The position numbers were made by a program, and so were the translations under genes. From Eledone cirrhosa (lineage: Eukaryota), in assembly GCA_964016885.1 (NCBI GenBank), contig OZ024740.1, positions 18,910,001 to 18,974,000 on the forward strand: DNA of 64,000 nt, written 5' to 3'. Below are positions 52,013 to 64,000 of the stretch, piece after piece. The notes beneath the pieces are model-generated. The model had not been told where the DNA came from. It did no database searches and saw only the letters and a program-made list of their open reading frames with translations. The stretch's first letter is position 1. The number at the start of each line of letters is the position of its first letter.

Positions 52013-53041
52013 ATAGAATGAAACAAAATTTCATTTCTCACTCTTAGTACGGCAGTTACTTAAATGTAAGTATGTATGTATGTATACGTACATACATATA
52101 TGTATACAGACGTACAGTAGTATGTATATATATACATACATGCACACATATATATGCACGTATCAGTTTACCGAACATTTATTATAATGTTCGATTTGTT
52201 TGTTTGTAAACAAACAAACAGCCCGAATTACGCCGTACAGTGTTTAGGCAACCACGTCACCTTTTTGTTCAACACTGACATTAATATTATTATTGATGAT
52301 GTAATTGAATTTGTAAATTTGCCGGTTACATATATATTTTTTTAACAGTTTCCGAAGATATAATAGAGTTAACATCGTATTTAAAATTGAATGGCACTGC
52401 TTTTAGTGTTCAGAAATTTTTGGACAACTCTATCAGTGAAACAATTGTTAGACTGCAAATAAATCCCCTTTTTGTACTGTTGACTATCTTATTCTCCACT
52501 TTTTCAATTATATATATATATATATATATAGGAGGAAGTTATAGTTCACTTGAAGCATTGTGTAATGAGGTATAAACGTTTGAATTTGTAAAGCCAAACA
52601 ATGCAGGTATGGACATAGAATAAAAATGCAAATGCAAAAGATATTGTTGACAATTAGTCTTTTACCTTAGATTTATTTAAATGTACTTAATTTTCGAGAT
52701 AATATCTCTTCTTCGGATGGAAGTAAAGCGGTTAAACCAGTGTTCTAAATAGCTTGCCAAGTCAAGCTGACAGGAAATAGTATAGAGTATCTGTTCTATC
52801 TCTAATGTCAAAGAGGTAAGGTTAGGTGGATAAAGAGTAGTCTCTCTTTGAAAGGGTTTTTTGTACATGTTCAATTAACACTTAGAATTTAATATTCTAT
52901 CATACTATTTCATTATAATACCATTATATATTTTAAAGGATTGTAAATAAAACGAGTAAATCAAACAAAGTTGGAATTCCTCTTATTAATATAATCTTCT
53001 ATACACAATCATACACACCCGTGTATATTTACCTATCTATA

Positions 53042-53221
<180 letters not shown>

Positions 53222-53228
53222 ATATATC

Positions 53229-53392
53229 AACGAGTAGGACCCGACGGCTAATTCTGGACTGAATTAGCCGTCGAAACGGCTTGAGCTCAGGCGTCGGGGT
53301 CTTACTCGTCCCTATTACCCACTCTACTACCCTAAGTATTGAGTACTTTGGTGCGTTATGGACCACCTGGTTCCTTACCACATTTCCTTCGT
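53229..53392 (+). repeat. Family-B element with an HHR scaffold lacking CUGANGA
   Basis: ACGAGTAGGACCC-GACGGCTAATTC..GAATTAGCCGTC-GAAA-CGGC..GGCG-TC-GGGGTCTTACTCGT. Confidence 0.65.
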
Positions 53393-53406
53393 TATATATA
53401 ATTATA

Positions 53407-54148
53407 TATAAATTAATATGTATGTGATGAAACACAGATACCAACACATCTGTATATATATTGCAAAAGAAAAATTTAGCCAGATTGAAGTATACTAATT
53501 AATTAGTATACTTCAATCTGGCTAAATTTTTCTTTTGCAATATATATACAGATGTGTTGGTATCTGTGTTTCATCACATACATATTAATTTATACACTGC
53601 TCAGGGGATATTTTTCCTCATTCGAGCTGATTCCATTGTAAAAGAATTCATTACCTTATTAATTTTAACTGCTCCTAGTTTGAGCTGCAAGCCGCCTCAT
53701 ATATACGACTGTTATTTCTAGCAGTACGGTTATGAGACTAGTTAGATACTGTAAAGCCATGTGCGTCACGCAGTCTTTTAAATTATTTAGAAGTGAAGCA
53801 TATCAATTTGTCTCTGGATGTTTACTGAGGAGCGCAGGACATGATATTCCTACACTTATTTAACTCGAAACATATTTGGATCTTAATGTCTAAACTTATC
53901 TACGGAACAGGTTTGATTTTGACAATACAGCTCGTCTACGTTGATTTATTATTTTAAATCGATATGGACAAACTGTAGTATAATAATTAGTATACTTCAA
54001 TCTGGCTAAATTTTTCTTTTGCAATATATATACAGATGTGTTGGTATCTGTGTTTCATCACATACATATTAATTTATACACTGCTCAGGGGATATTTTTC
54101 CTCATTCGAGCTGATTCCATTGTAAAAGAATTCATTACCTTATTAATT
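53407..54148 (+). mobile_element. 484-bp partial tandem repeat (1.3 copies) with a 5' fold-back palindrome and an HHR
   Basis: AATTAGTATACTTC at 53501 and 53985; perfect palindrome 53407-53594; homologous to the minus strand of the 567-bp unit. Confidence 0.85.
53820..53895 (+). ncRNA. Hammerhead ribozyme motif
   Basis: GTTTA-CTGAGGA-G..(AGGA/TCCT)..C-GAAA-CAT..ATG-TC-TAAAC; base of stem II is weak. Confidence 0.7.
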
Positions 54149-54173
54149 ATATATATATATATATATATATTTA

Positions 54174-54305
54174 AATAACAGATTAAAGATTAAGCAAAGA
54201 ACGGCTGCTTTCACCCTTAACGGGATCTTCTGAAACTCAGAGTTTCAGAAGATCCCGTTAAGGGTCAAAGTAGCGATTCTTTGCTTAAACTTTAATCTGT
54301 TATTT
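54174..54305. repeat. Fold-back pair of family-C HHR-like motifs
   Basis: Imperfect inverted repeat centred near 54239; CAGAAGA-TCCCGTTAAGGGT on both strands. Confidence 0.65.
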
Positions 54306-54397
54306 TAATAAATATTGCTCTACGGTTCTTATATATTTGATGTATATTTATCCTTATCGAGCCCTTTTTGGATTTTAGTCTTCAAATTTATTATTAT

Positions 54398-54506
<109 letters not shown>

Positions 54507-54617
54507 TATAGGATTTTTAAACATATAAACCGATCTTTAGAATTATCCTAAGTAATTAGATATATATAAACCTGTAGGTTGAGGAAAACCAATGAGAAAA
54601 CGAAGTACTTCCAAAAT

Positions 54618-57600
54618 ATGCTCTGTTGAGGTCTGCTCTGTTGAGGGTTGCTTTGTTGAGCGTTTCTCTGTTGAGGTCTGCTCTGTTGAGGTCTGCTCTG
54701 TTGAGGTTTGCTCTGTTGAGATCTGCTCTGTTGAGGGTTGCTCTGATGAGATCTGCTCTGTTGAGGGTTGCTCTGTTGAGGTCTGCTCTGTTGAGGTCTG
54801 CTCTGTTGAGGGTTGCTCTGTTGAGATCTGCTCTGTTGAGGTCTGCTCTGTTGAGGTCTGCTCTGATGAGATCTGCTCTGTTGAGGGTTGCTCTGTTGAG
54901 GTCTGCTCTGTTGAGGTCTGCTCTGTTGAGGTCTGCTCTGTTGAGGTCTGCTCTGTTGAGGTCTGCTCTGTTGATCTTTGATCTGTTGAGGTCTGCTCTG
55001 TTGAGGTCTGCTCTGTTGAGGTCTGCTCTGTTGAGGGCTGCTCTGTTGAGGTCTGCTCTGTTTAGGTCTGCTCTGTTGAGGGTTGCTCTGATGAGATCTG
55101 CTCTGTTGAGGGTTGCTCTGTTGAGGACTGCTTTGTTGAGGTCTGCTCTGTTGAGTTCTGCTCTGTTGAGGTCTGCTCTGTTGATCTTTGATCTGTTGAG
55201 GTCTGCTCTGTTGAGGTCTGCTCTGTTGAGGGCTGCTCTGTTGAGGTCTGCTCTGTTTAGGTCTGCTCTGTTGAGGGTTGCTCTGATGAGATCTGCTCTG
55301 TTGAGGGTTGCTCTGTTGAGGACTGCTTTGTTGAGGTCTGCTCTGTTGAGGTCTGCTCTGTTGAGGTCTGCTCTGTTGAGGGCTGCTCTGTTGAGGTCTG
55401 CTCTGTTTAGGTCTGCTCTGTTGAGGTCTGCTCTTTTGAGGTCTACTCTGTTGAGGGTTGCTCTGTTGAGATCTGCTCTGTTGAGGTCTGCTCTGTTGAG
55501 GTATGCTCTGTTGAGGGCTGCTCTGTTGAGGTCTGCTCTGTTTAGGTCTGCTCTGTTGAGGTCTGCTCTTTTGAGGTCTACTCTGTTGAGGGTTGCTCTG
55601 TTGAGATCTGCTCTGTTGAGGTCTGCTCTGTTGAGGGCTGCTCTGTTGAGGTCTGCTCTGTTGAGGTCTGCTCTGTTGAGGTCTGCTCTGTTTAGGTCTG
55701 CTCTGTTGAGGTCTGCTCTTTTGAGGTCTACTCTGTTGAGGGTTGCTCTGTTGAGATCTGCTCTGTTGAGGTCTGCTCTGTTGAGGTCTGCTCTGTTGAG
55801 GGCTGCTCTGTTGAGGTCTGCTCTGTTGAGGTCTGCTCTGTTGAGATCTGCTCTGTTGAGGTCTGCTCTGTTGAGGGCTGCTCTGTTGAGGGCTGCTCTG
55901 TTGAGGGCTGCTCTGTTGAGGGCTGCTCTGTTGAGGTCTGCTCTGTTGAGGTCTGCTCTGTTGAGGTCTGCTCTGTTGAGGGCTGCTCTGTTGAGGGCTG
56001 CTCTGTTGAGGTCTGCTCTGTTGAGGTCTGCTCTGTTGAGGTCTGCTCTTTTGAGGTCTACTCTGTTGAGGGTTGCTCTGTTGAGATCTGCTCTGTTGAG
56101 GTCTGCTCTGTTGAGGTATGCTCTGTTGAGATCTGCTCTATTGCGGTCTGCTCTGATGAGGTCTGCTCTGTTGAGGTCTGCTCTGTTGAGGTCTGCTCTG
56201 TTGAGCGTTTTTCTGTTGAGATCTTCTTTGTACACGTTTGCACTGTTGAGGTCTGCTCAGTTGAGGTCTGCCCTGTTGAGGTCTTCCCTGTTGAGGGTTG
56301 TTCTGTTGACGTCTGCTCTGTTGAGGTCTGCTCTGTTGAGCGTTTCTCTGTTGAGCGTTTTTCTGTTGAGGTCTGCTCTGTTGAGGTCTGCTCTGTTGAG
56401 GGTTGCTCTGTTGAGGTCTGCTCTGTTGAGGGTTGCTCTGTTGAGGATTGCTCTGTTGAGCGTTTGTCTGTTGAGGTCTGCTTTGTAGAGGTCTGCACTG
56501 TTGAGGGTTGCTCTGTTGAGGGTTGCTCTGTTGGGGTCTGCTCTGTTGAGGTCTGCTCTGTTGATGTTTGCTCTGTTGAGGTCTGCTCTGTTGAGGGTTG
56601 CTCTGTTGAGGTCTGCTCTGTTGAGGTCTGCTCTGTTCAGGTCTGCTCTGTTGAGGTCTGCTCGGTTGAGGTCTGCTCTGTTGAGGTCTGCTCTGTTGAG
56701 GGTTGTTCTGTTGAGGTCTGCTTTGTAGAGGTCTGCACTGTTGAGGTCTGCTCTGTTGAGGTCTGCTCTGTAGAGGTTTGCTCTGTTGAGGGTTGCTCTG
56801 TTGATGCCTGCTCTGTTGTTGGCTGCTCTGTTGAACGTTGCTCTGTTGAGGTCTGCTCTGTTGAGGTCTGCTCTGTTGAGGTCTGCTCTGCTGAGGTTTG
56901 CTCTGTTGAGGATTGCTCTGTTGAGGTCTACTCTGTTGAGGTCTGGTCTGTTGAGGGTTGCTCTGGTGAGGTCTGCTCTGTTGAGGTCTGCTCTGTTGAG
57001 GTCTGCTCTGTTGAGGTCTGCTCTGTTGAGGTCTGCTCTGTTGAGGGTTGCTCTGTTTATGTCCGCTCTGTTGAGAGCTGCTCTGTTGAGGTCTGCTCTG
57101 TTGAGGGTTGCTCTGTTGAGAATTGCTCTGTTGAGGTCTGCTCTGTTGAGGTCTGCTCTGTTGATGTTTGCTCTGTTGAGGTCTGCTCTGCTGAGGGTTG
57201 CTCTGTTTAGGTCTGCTCTGTTGAGCTCTGCTCTGTTGAGGTCTGCTCTGTTGAGCTCTGCTCTGTTGAGGTCTGCTCTTTTGAGGTCTGCTCTGTTGAG
57301 GTCTGCTCTGTTGAGGGTTGTTCTGTTGAGGTCTGCTTTGTAGAGGCCTGCACTGTTGAGGGCTGCTTTGTTGATTCCTGCTCTGTTGTGGGCTGCTCTG
57401 TTGAAGGTTGCTTTATTGAGGTCTGCTCTGTTGAGGTCTGCTCTGTTGATTCCTGCTCTGTTGTGGGCTGCTCTGTTGAAGGTTGCTTTATTGAGGTATG
57501 CTCTGTTGAGGTCTGCTCTGCTGAGGGTTGCTCTTTTTGAGGTCTGCTCTGTTGAGGGTTGTTCTATTGAGGACTGCTCTGTTGAGGTCTGTCTGTTGAG

Positions 57601-60600
57601 GTCTGCTCTGTTGAGGGTTGCTCTGTTGAGGTATGCTCTGTTGAGGGTTGCTCTATTGAGGTCTGTTGTTGAGGTCTGCACTTTTGAGGTCTGCTCTGTG
57701 GAGGGTTGCTCTGTTGAGGTCTGCTCTTTTGAGGTCTGCTCTGTTGAGGTCTGCTCTGTTGAGGTCTGCTCTGTTGAGTTCTGCTCTGTTGAGGGTTGTT
57801 CTGTTGAGGTCTGCTTTGTAGAGGTTTTCACTGTTGAGGTCTGCTCTGTTGAGGTCTGCACTGTTGAGGTCTGCTCTGTTGAGGTCTGCTCTGTTGAGGT
57901 CTGCTCTGTTGAGGTCTGCTCTGTTGAGGTCTGCTCTGTTGAGGTCTTCTCTGTTGAGGGTTGTTCTGTTGAGGTCTGCTCTGTAGAGTTCTGCACTGTT
58001 GAGGGTTGCTTTGTTGAGGTCTGCTCTGTTGACGTCTGCTCTGTTGAAGGTTGCTCTGCTGAGGGTTGCACTGCTGACATCTGCTCTGTTGAGGTCTGCT
58101 CTGTTGAGGTTTTGCTCTGTTGAGGTCTACTCTGCTGAGGGTTGCTCTGCTGAGATCTGCTCTGTTGAGGTCTGCTCTCTTGAGGGCTGCTCTGTTGAAG
58201 GCTGCTCTGTTGAGAGTTGTTCTGTTGAGGTCTGCTCTGTTGAGGTCTTCTCTGTTGAGGTCTGCTCTATTGAGGTTTGCTCTGTTGAGGTCTGCTCTGT
58301 TGAGGTCTGCTCTGTTGAGGTCTGCTCTTTTGAGGTCTTCTCTGTTGAGGTCTGCTCTGTTGAGGGTTGCTCTGTTGAGGTCTGCTCTGTTGAGGTCTGC
58401 TTTGTTGATGCCTGCTCTGTTGTGGGCTGCTCTGTTGTGGGCTGCTCTGTTGAAGGTTGCTCTGTTGAGGTCTGCACTGTTGAGGTATGCGCTGTTGAGG
58501 TCTGCTAAGCTGAGGGTTGCTCTTTTTGAGGTCTGCTCTGTTGAGGGTTGCTCTGTTGAGGTATGCTCTGGTGAGGGTTGCTCTATTGAGGTCTGCTCTA
58601 TTGAGGTCTGCTCTTTTGAGGTCTGCTCTGTTGAGGGTTGCTCTGTTGAGGTCTGCTCTGTTGAGGTCTGCTCTTTTGAGGACTGCTCTGTTGATTTCTG
58701 CTCTGTTGAGGGATGTTCTGTTGAGGTCTGCTTTGTAGAGGTCTGCACTGTTGAGGGCTGCTTTGTTCAGGTCTGCTCTGTTGAGGTCTGCTCTGTTGAG
58801 GTCTGCTCTGTTGAGGGGTGCTCTGCAGAGGGTTGCTCTGTTGAGGCCTGCTCTGTTGTGGGCTGCTCTGTTGAAGGTTGCTCTGTTGAGGTCTGCTCTG
58901 TTGAGGTATGCTCTGTTGAGGTCTACTCTGCTGAGGGTTGCTCTGCTGAGGTTTGCTCTGTTGAGGTCTGGTCTGTTGAGGGTTGCTCTGTTGAGGTCTG
59001 TTCTGTTGAGGTCTGCTCTGTTGAGGGCTGCTCTGTTGAAGGTTGCTCTGTTGAGGGTTGTTCTGTTGAGGTCTGCTCTGTTGAGGTAAGCTCTGTTGAG
59101 GGTTACTCTATTGAAGTCTGCTCTGTTGAGGTCTGCTCTGTTGAGGGTTTCTCTATTGAGGTCTGCTCTGTTGAGGTCTGCTCTGTTGATGGTTGTTCTG
59201 TTGAGGTCTGCTTTGTAGAGGTCTGCACTGTTGAGGGCTGCTTTGTTCAGGTCTGCTCTGTTGAGGTCTGCTCTGTTGAGGTCTGCTCTGTTGAGGGGTG
59301 CTCTGCAGAGGGTTGCTCTGTTAATACCTGCTCTGTTGTGGGCTGCTCTGTTGAAGGTTGCTCTGTTGAGGTCTGCTCTTTTGAGGTTTGCTCTGTTGAG
59401 GTCTGCTCTGCTGAGGGTTGGTCTGCTGAAGTTTGCTCTGTTGAGGGCTGCTCTGTTGAGGGTTGCTCTGTTGAGATCTGTTCTGTTGAGGTCTGCTCTG
59501 TTGAGGGCTGCTCTGTTGAAGGTTGCTCTGTTGAGGGTTGTTCTGTTGAGGTCTGCTCTGTTGAGGTAAGCTCTGTTGAGGGTTGCTCTATTGAAGTCTG
59601 CTCTGTTGAGGTCTGCTCTGTTGAGGGTTTCTCTATTGAGGTCTGCTCTGTTGAGGTCTGCTCTGTTGATGGTTGTTCTGTTGAGGTCTGCTTTGTAGAG
59701 GTCTGCACTGTTGAGGGCTGCTTTGTTGAGGTCTGCTCTGTTGAGGACTGCTCTGTTGAGGTCTGCTCTGTAGAGGTTTGCTCTGTTGAGGGTTGCTCTG
59801 TTGATGCCTGCTCTGTTGTTGGCGGCTCTGTTGAACGTTGCTCTGTTGAGGTCTGCTCTGTTGATGTTTGCTCTGTTGAGGTCTGCTCTGTTGAGGTCTG
59901 CTCTGTTGAGGTCTGGTCTGTTGAGGGTTGCTCTGTTGAGGTCTGCTCTGTTGAGGTCTGCTCTGTTGAGGTCTGTTCTGTTGAGGTCTGCTCGGTTGAG
60001 GTCTGCTCTGTTGAGGTCTGCTCTGTTTAGGTCTGCTCTGTTGAGGTCTGCTCGGTTGAGGTCTGCTCTGTTGAGGTCTGCTCTGTTGAGGGTTGTTCTG
60101 TTGAGGTCTGCTTTGTAGAGGTCTGCACTGTTGAGGGCTGCTTTGTTGAGGTCTGCTCTGTTGAGGTCTGCTCTTTTGAGGTCTGCTCTGTTGAGGGTTG
60201 TTCTGTTGAGGTCTGCTTTGTAGAGGTCTGCACTGTTGAGGGCTGCTCTGTTGTGGACTGCTCTGTTGAGGTCTGCTCTGTAGAGGTTTGCTCTGTTGAG
60301 GGTTGCTCTGTTGATGCCAGCTCTGTTGTTGGCTGCTCTGTTGAACGTTGCTCTGTTGAGGTCTGCTCTGTTGATGTTTGCTCTGTTGAGGTCTGCTCTG
60401 TTGAGGTCTGCTCTGCTGAGGTTTGCTCTGTTGAGGATTGCTCTGTTGAGGTCTGCTCTGTTGAGGTCTGGTCTGTTGAGGGTTGCTCTGTTGAGGTCTG
60501 CTCTGTTGAGGTCTGCTCTGTTGAGGTCTGCTCTGTTGAGGTCTGCTCTGTTGAGGTCTGCTCTGTTGAGGGTTGCTCTGTTTATGTCCGCTCTGTTGAG

Positions 60601-63600
60601 AGCTGCTCTGTTGAGGTCTGCTCTGTTGAGGGTTGCTCTGTTGAGAATTGCTCTGTTGAGGTCTGCTCTGTTGAGGTCTGCTCTGTTGAGGTTTGCTCTG
60701 TTGAGGTCTGCTCTGCTGAGGGTTGCTCTGTTGAGGTCTGCTCTGTTGAGGTCTGCTCTGTTGAGGTCTGCTCTGTTTAGGTCTGCTCTGTTGAGCTCTG
60801 CTCTGTTGAGGTCTGCTCTGTTGAGGTCTGCTCTGTTGAGGTCTGCTCTTTTGAGGTCTGCTCTGTTGAGGTCTGCTCTATGAGGGTTGTTCTGTTGAGG
60901 TCTGCTTTGTAGAGGCCTGCACTGTTGAGGGCTGCTTTGTTGAGGTCTGCTCTGTTGAGGTCTGATCTGTTGATTCCTGCTCTGTTGTGGGCTGCTCTGT
61001 TGAAGGTTGCTTTATTGAGGTCTGCTCTGTTGAGGTATGCTCTGTTGAGGTCTGCTCTGCTGAGTGTTGCTCTTTTTGAGGTCTGCTCTGTTGAGGGTTG
61101 TTCTATTGAGGACTGCTCTGTTGAGGTTTGTCTGTTGAGGTCTGCTCTGTTGAGGGTTGCTCTGTTGAGGTATGCTCTGTTGATGGTTGCTCTATTGAGG
61201 TCTGCTGTTGAGGTCTGCTCTTTTGAGGTCTGCTCTGTTGAGGGTTGCTCTGTTGAGGTCTGCTCTGTTGAGGTCTGCTCTGTTGAGGTCTGCTCTGTTG
61301 AGTTCTGCTCTGTTGAGGGTTGTTCTGTTGAGGTCTTCTTTGTAGAGGTTTTCACTGTTGAGGTCTGTTCTGTTGAGGTCTGCTCTGCTGAGGTTTGCTC
61401 TGTTGAGGATTGCTCTGTTGAGGTCTGCTCTGTTGATTCGTGCTCTGTTGTGGGCTGCTCTGTTGAAGGTTGCTTTGTTGAGGTCTGCTCTGTTGAGGTA
61501 TGCTCTGTTGAGGTCTGCTCTGCTGAGGGTTTCTCTTTTTGAGGTCTGCTCTGTTGAGGGTTGTTCTATTGGGGACTGCTCTGTTGAGGTCTGTCTGTTG
61601 AGGTCTGCTCTGTTGAGGGTTGCTCTGTTGAGGTATGCTCTGTTGAGGCTTGCTCTTTTGAGGTCTGCTGTTGAGGTCTGCTCATTTGAGGTCTGCTCTG
61701 TTGAGGTCTGCTCTGTTGAGTTCTGCTCTGTTGAGGGTTGTTCTGTTGATGTCTGCTTTGTAGAGGTCTGCACTGTTGAGGTCTGCTCTGTTGAGGTCTG
61801 CTCTGTTGAGGTCTGCTCTGTTGAGGTCTGCTCTGTTGAGGTCAGCTCTGTTGAGGTCTGCTCTGTTGAGGTCTGCTCTGTTGAGTGTTGCCCTGTTGAG
61901 GTCTGCTCTGTTGAGGTCTGCTCTGTTGAGGGCTGCTCTGTTGAATGTTGCTCTGTTGAGAGTTGTTCTGTTGAGGTCTGCTCTGTTGAGGTCTGCTCTG
62001 TTGAGGGTTGCTCTATTGAGGTCTGCTCTCTTGAGGTCTGCTCTGTTGAGGTCTGCTCTGTTGAGGTCTGCTCTGTTGAGGTCTGCTCTATTGAGGTCAG
62101 CTCTGTTGAGGGTTGTTCTTTTGAGGTCAGCTTTGTAGAGGTCTGGACTGTTGAGGGCTGCTTTGTTGAGGTCTGCTCCGTTGAGGTCTGCTCTCTTGAT
62201 GCCTGCTCTGTTGTGGGCTGCTCTGTTGAAGGTTGCTCTGTTGAGGTCTGCACTGTTGAGGTATGCTCTGTTGAGGTCTGCTCAGCTGAGGGTTGCTCTT
62301 TTTGAGGTCTGCTCTGTTGAGGGTTGCTCTGTTGAGATATGCTCTGGTGAGGGTTGCTCTATTGAGGTCTGCTCTATTGAGGTCTGCTCTTTTGAGGTTT
62401 GCTCTGTTGAGGGTTGCTCTGTTGAGGGATGTTCTGTTGAGGTCTGCTTTGTAGAGGTCTGCACTGTTGAGGGCTACATTGTTCAGGTCTGCTCTGTTGA
62501 GGTCTGCTCTGTTGAGGTCTGCTCTGTTGAGGGGTGCTCTGCAGAGGGTTGCTCTGTTAATGCCTGCTCTGTTGTGGGCTGCTCTGTTGAAGGTTGCACT
62601 GTTGAGGTTTGCTCTGTTGAGGTCTGCTCTGCTGATGGTTGGTCTGCTGAGGTTTGCTCTGTTGAGGTCTGCTCTGTTGAGGGTTGCTCTGTTGATGTCT
62701 GTTCTGTTGAGGTCTGCTCTGTTGAGGGCTGCTCTGTTGAAGGTTGCTCTGTTGAGGGTTGTTCTGTTGAGGTCTGCTCTGTTGAGGTCTGCTCTGTTGA
62801 GGGTTGCTCTATTGAAGTCTGCTCTGTTGAGGTCTGCTCTGTTGAGGTCTGCTCTGTTGAGGTCAGCTCTGTTGAGGGTTGTTCTGTTGAGGTCAGCTTT
62901 GTAGAGGTCTGCACTGTTGAGGGTAGCTTTGTTGAGGTCTGCTCTGTTGAGGTCTGCTCTGTTGAGGTCTGCTCTGTTGAGGATTGCTCTGTTGAGGTCT
63001 GCTCTGTTGAGGGTTGCTCTGTTGAGGACTGCTTTGTTGAGGTCTGCTCTGTTGAGATCTGCTCTGTTGAGGTCTGCTCTGTTGAGTGTTGATTTGTTTA
63101 GGCCTGCACTGTTGAGGTCTGCTGTGTTGAGGTTTGCTCTGTTGAGGGCTGCTCTGCTGAGGTCTTCTCTGTTGACTCTGCTCTGTTGTGGTCTGCTCTG
63201 TTGAGGGTTGCTCTGTTGAGGTCTGCTCTGTTGAAGTCTGCTCTGTTGAGGTCTGCTCTGTTGAGGGTTGTTCTGTTGAGGTCTGCTTTGTAGAGGTCTG
63301 CACTGTTGAGGGCTCCTTTGTTGAGGTCTGCTCTGTTGAGGTCTGCTCTGTTGATGCCTGCACTGTTGTGGGCTGCTCTGTTGAAGGTTGCCCTGTTGAG
63401 GTCTACTCTGTTGAGGTCTGCACTGTTGAGGTCTGCTCTGCTGAGGGTTGCTCTTTTTGAGGTCTGCTCTGTTGAGGGTTGTTCTATTGGGGACTGCTCT
63501 GTTGAGGTCTGTCTTTTGAGGTCTGCTCTGTTGAGGGTTGCTCTTTTAAGGTATGCTCTGTTGAGGGTTGCTCTATTGAGGTCTGCTCTGTTGAGGTCTG

Positions 63601-64000
63601 CTCTTTTGAGGTCTGCTCTGTTGAGGGTTGCTCTGTTGAGGTCTGCTCTGTTGAGGGTTGCTCTGTTGAGGTCTGTCCTGTTGAGGTCTGCTCTGTTGAG
63701 GTCTGCTCTGTTGAGTCTTGTTCTGTTGATGTCTGCTTTGTAGAGGTCTGCACTGTTGAGGGCTGCTTTGTTGAGGTCTGCTCTGTTGAGGGTTGCTCTG
63801 TTGAGGTCTGCTCTGTTGAGGTCTGCTCTGTTGAGGGTTGCTCTGTTGAGGTCTGCTCTGTTGAGGTCTGCTCTGTTGAGGTCTGCTCTGTTGAGGTCTG
63901 CTCTGTTGAGGGTTGCTGTGTTTATGTCCGCTCTGTTGAGAGCTGCTCTGTTGATGTCTGCTCTGTTGAGGTCTGCTCTGTTGAGGTTTGCTCTGTTGAG
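54618..64000. repeat. 15-bp satellite (GCTCTGTTGAGGTCT)n with higher-order structure, running off the window end
   Basis: Over 600 monomers by length; variant blocks repeated with periods of 210 and 480 bp. Confidence 0.95.

Noticed and set aside
54592-63753. Plus-strand Cys-rich (VEVCS)n and (RSALL)n ORFs
   Set aside because: Stop-free frames are a by-product of the 15-bp period; no unique sequence

Overview
AT-rich, microsatellite-laden eukaryotic intergenic DNA; I found no recognisable host gene. The SINE and repeat content resembles an octopod cephalopod, which is an inference only. Conventional content: a tRNA-Asp(GTC)-like gene, a 5'-truncated R4/Dong-type RLE retrotransposon in (CATA)n, three to four Tx1/L1-type LINE copies tied to (ATT)n (one near full length), Gypsy, Tc1/mariner, Helitron, RTE and SINE remnants, a Penelope-like GIY-YIG remnant with inverted termini, and a >9 kb 15-bp satellite. 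The main unannotated signal, found by manual folding, is roughly 20-25 type I hammerhead-ribozyme (HHR) motifs from about ten sequence families. Many sit one per unit in non-coding 484-617 bp partial tandem repeats next to (TA)n, often with fold-back inversions, which is a retrozyme or non-autonomous Penelope-like architecture. Several have unusually long stem II domains (about 35-100 nt), compensatory U3-A8 cores (UUGAYAA) or palindromic stem III. One array starts exactly at the predicted GUC cleavage site. Ribozyme activity is predicted, not shown.
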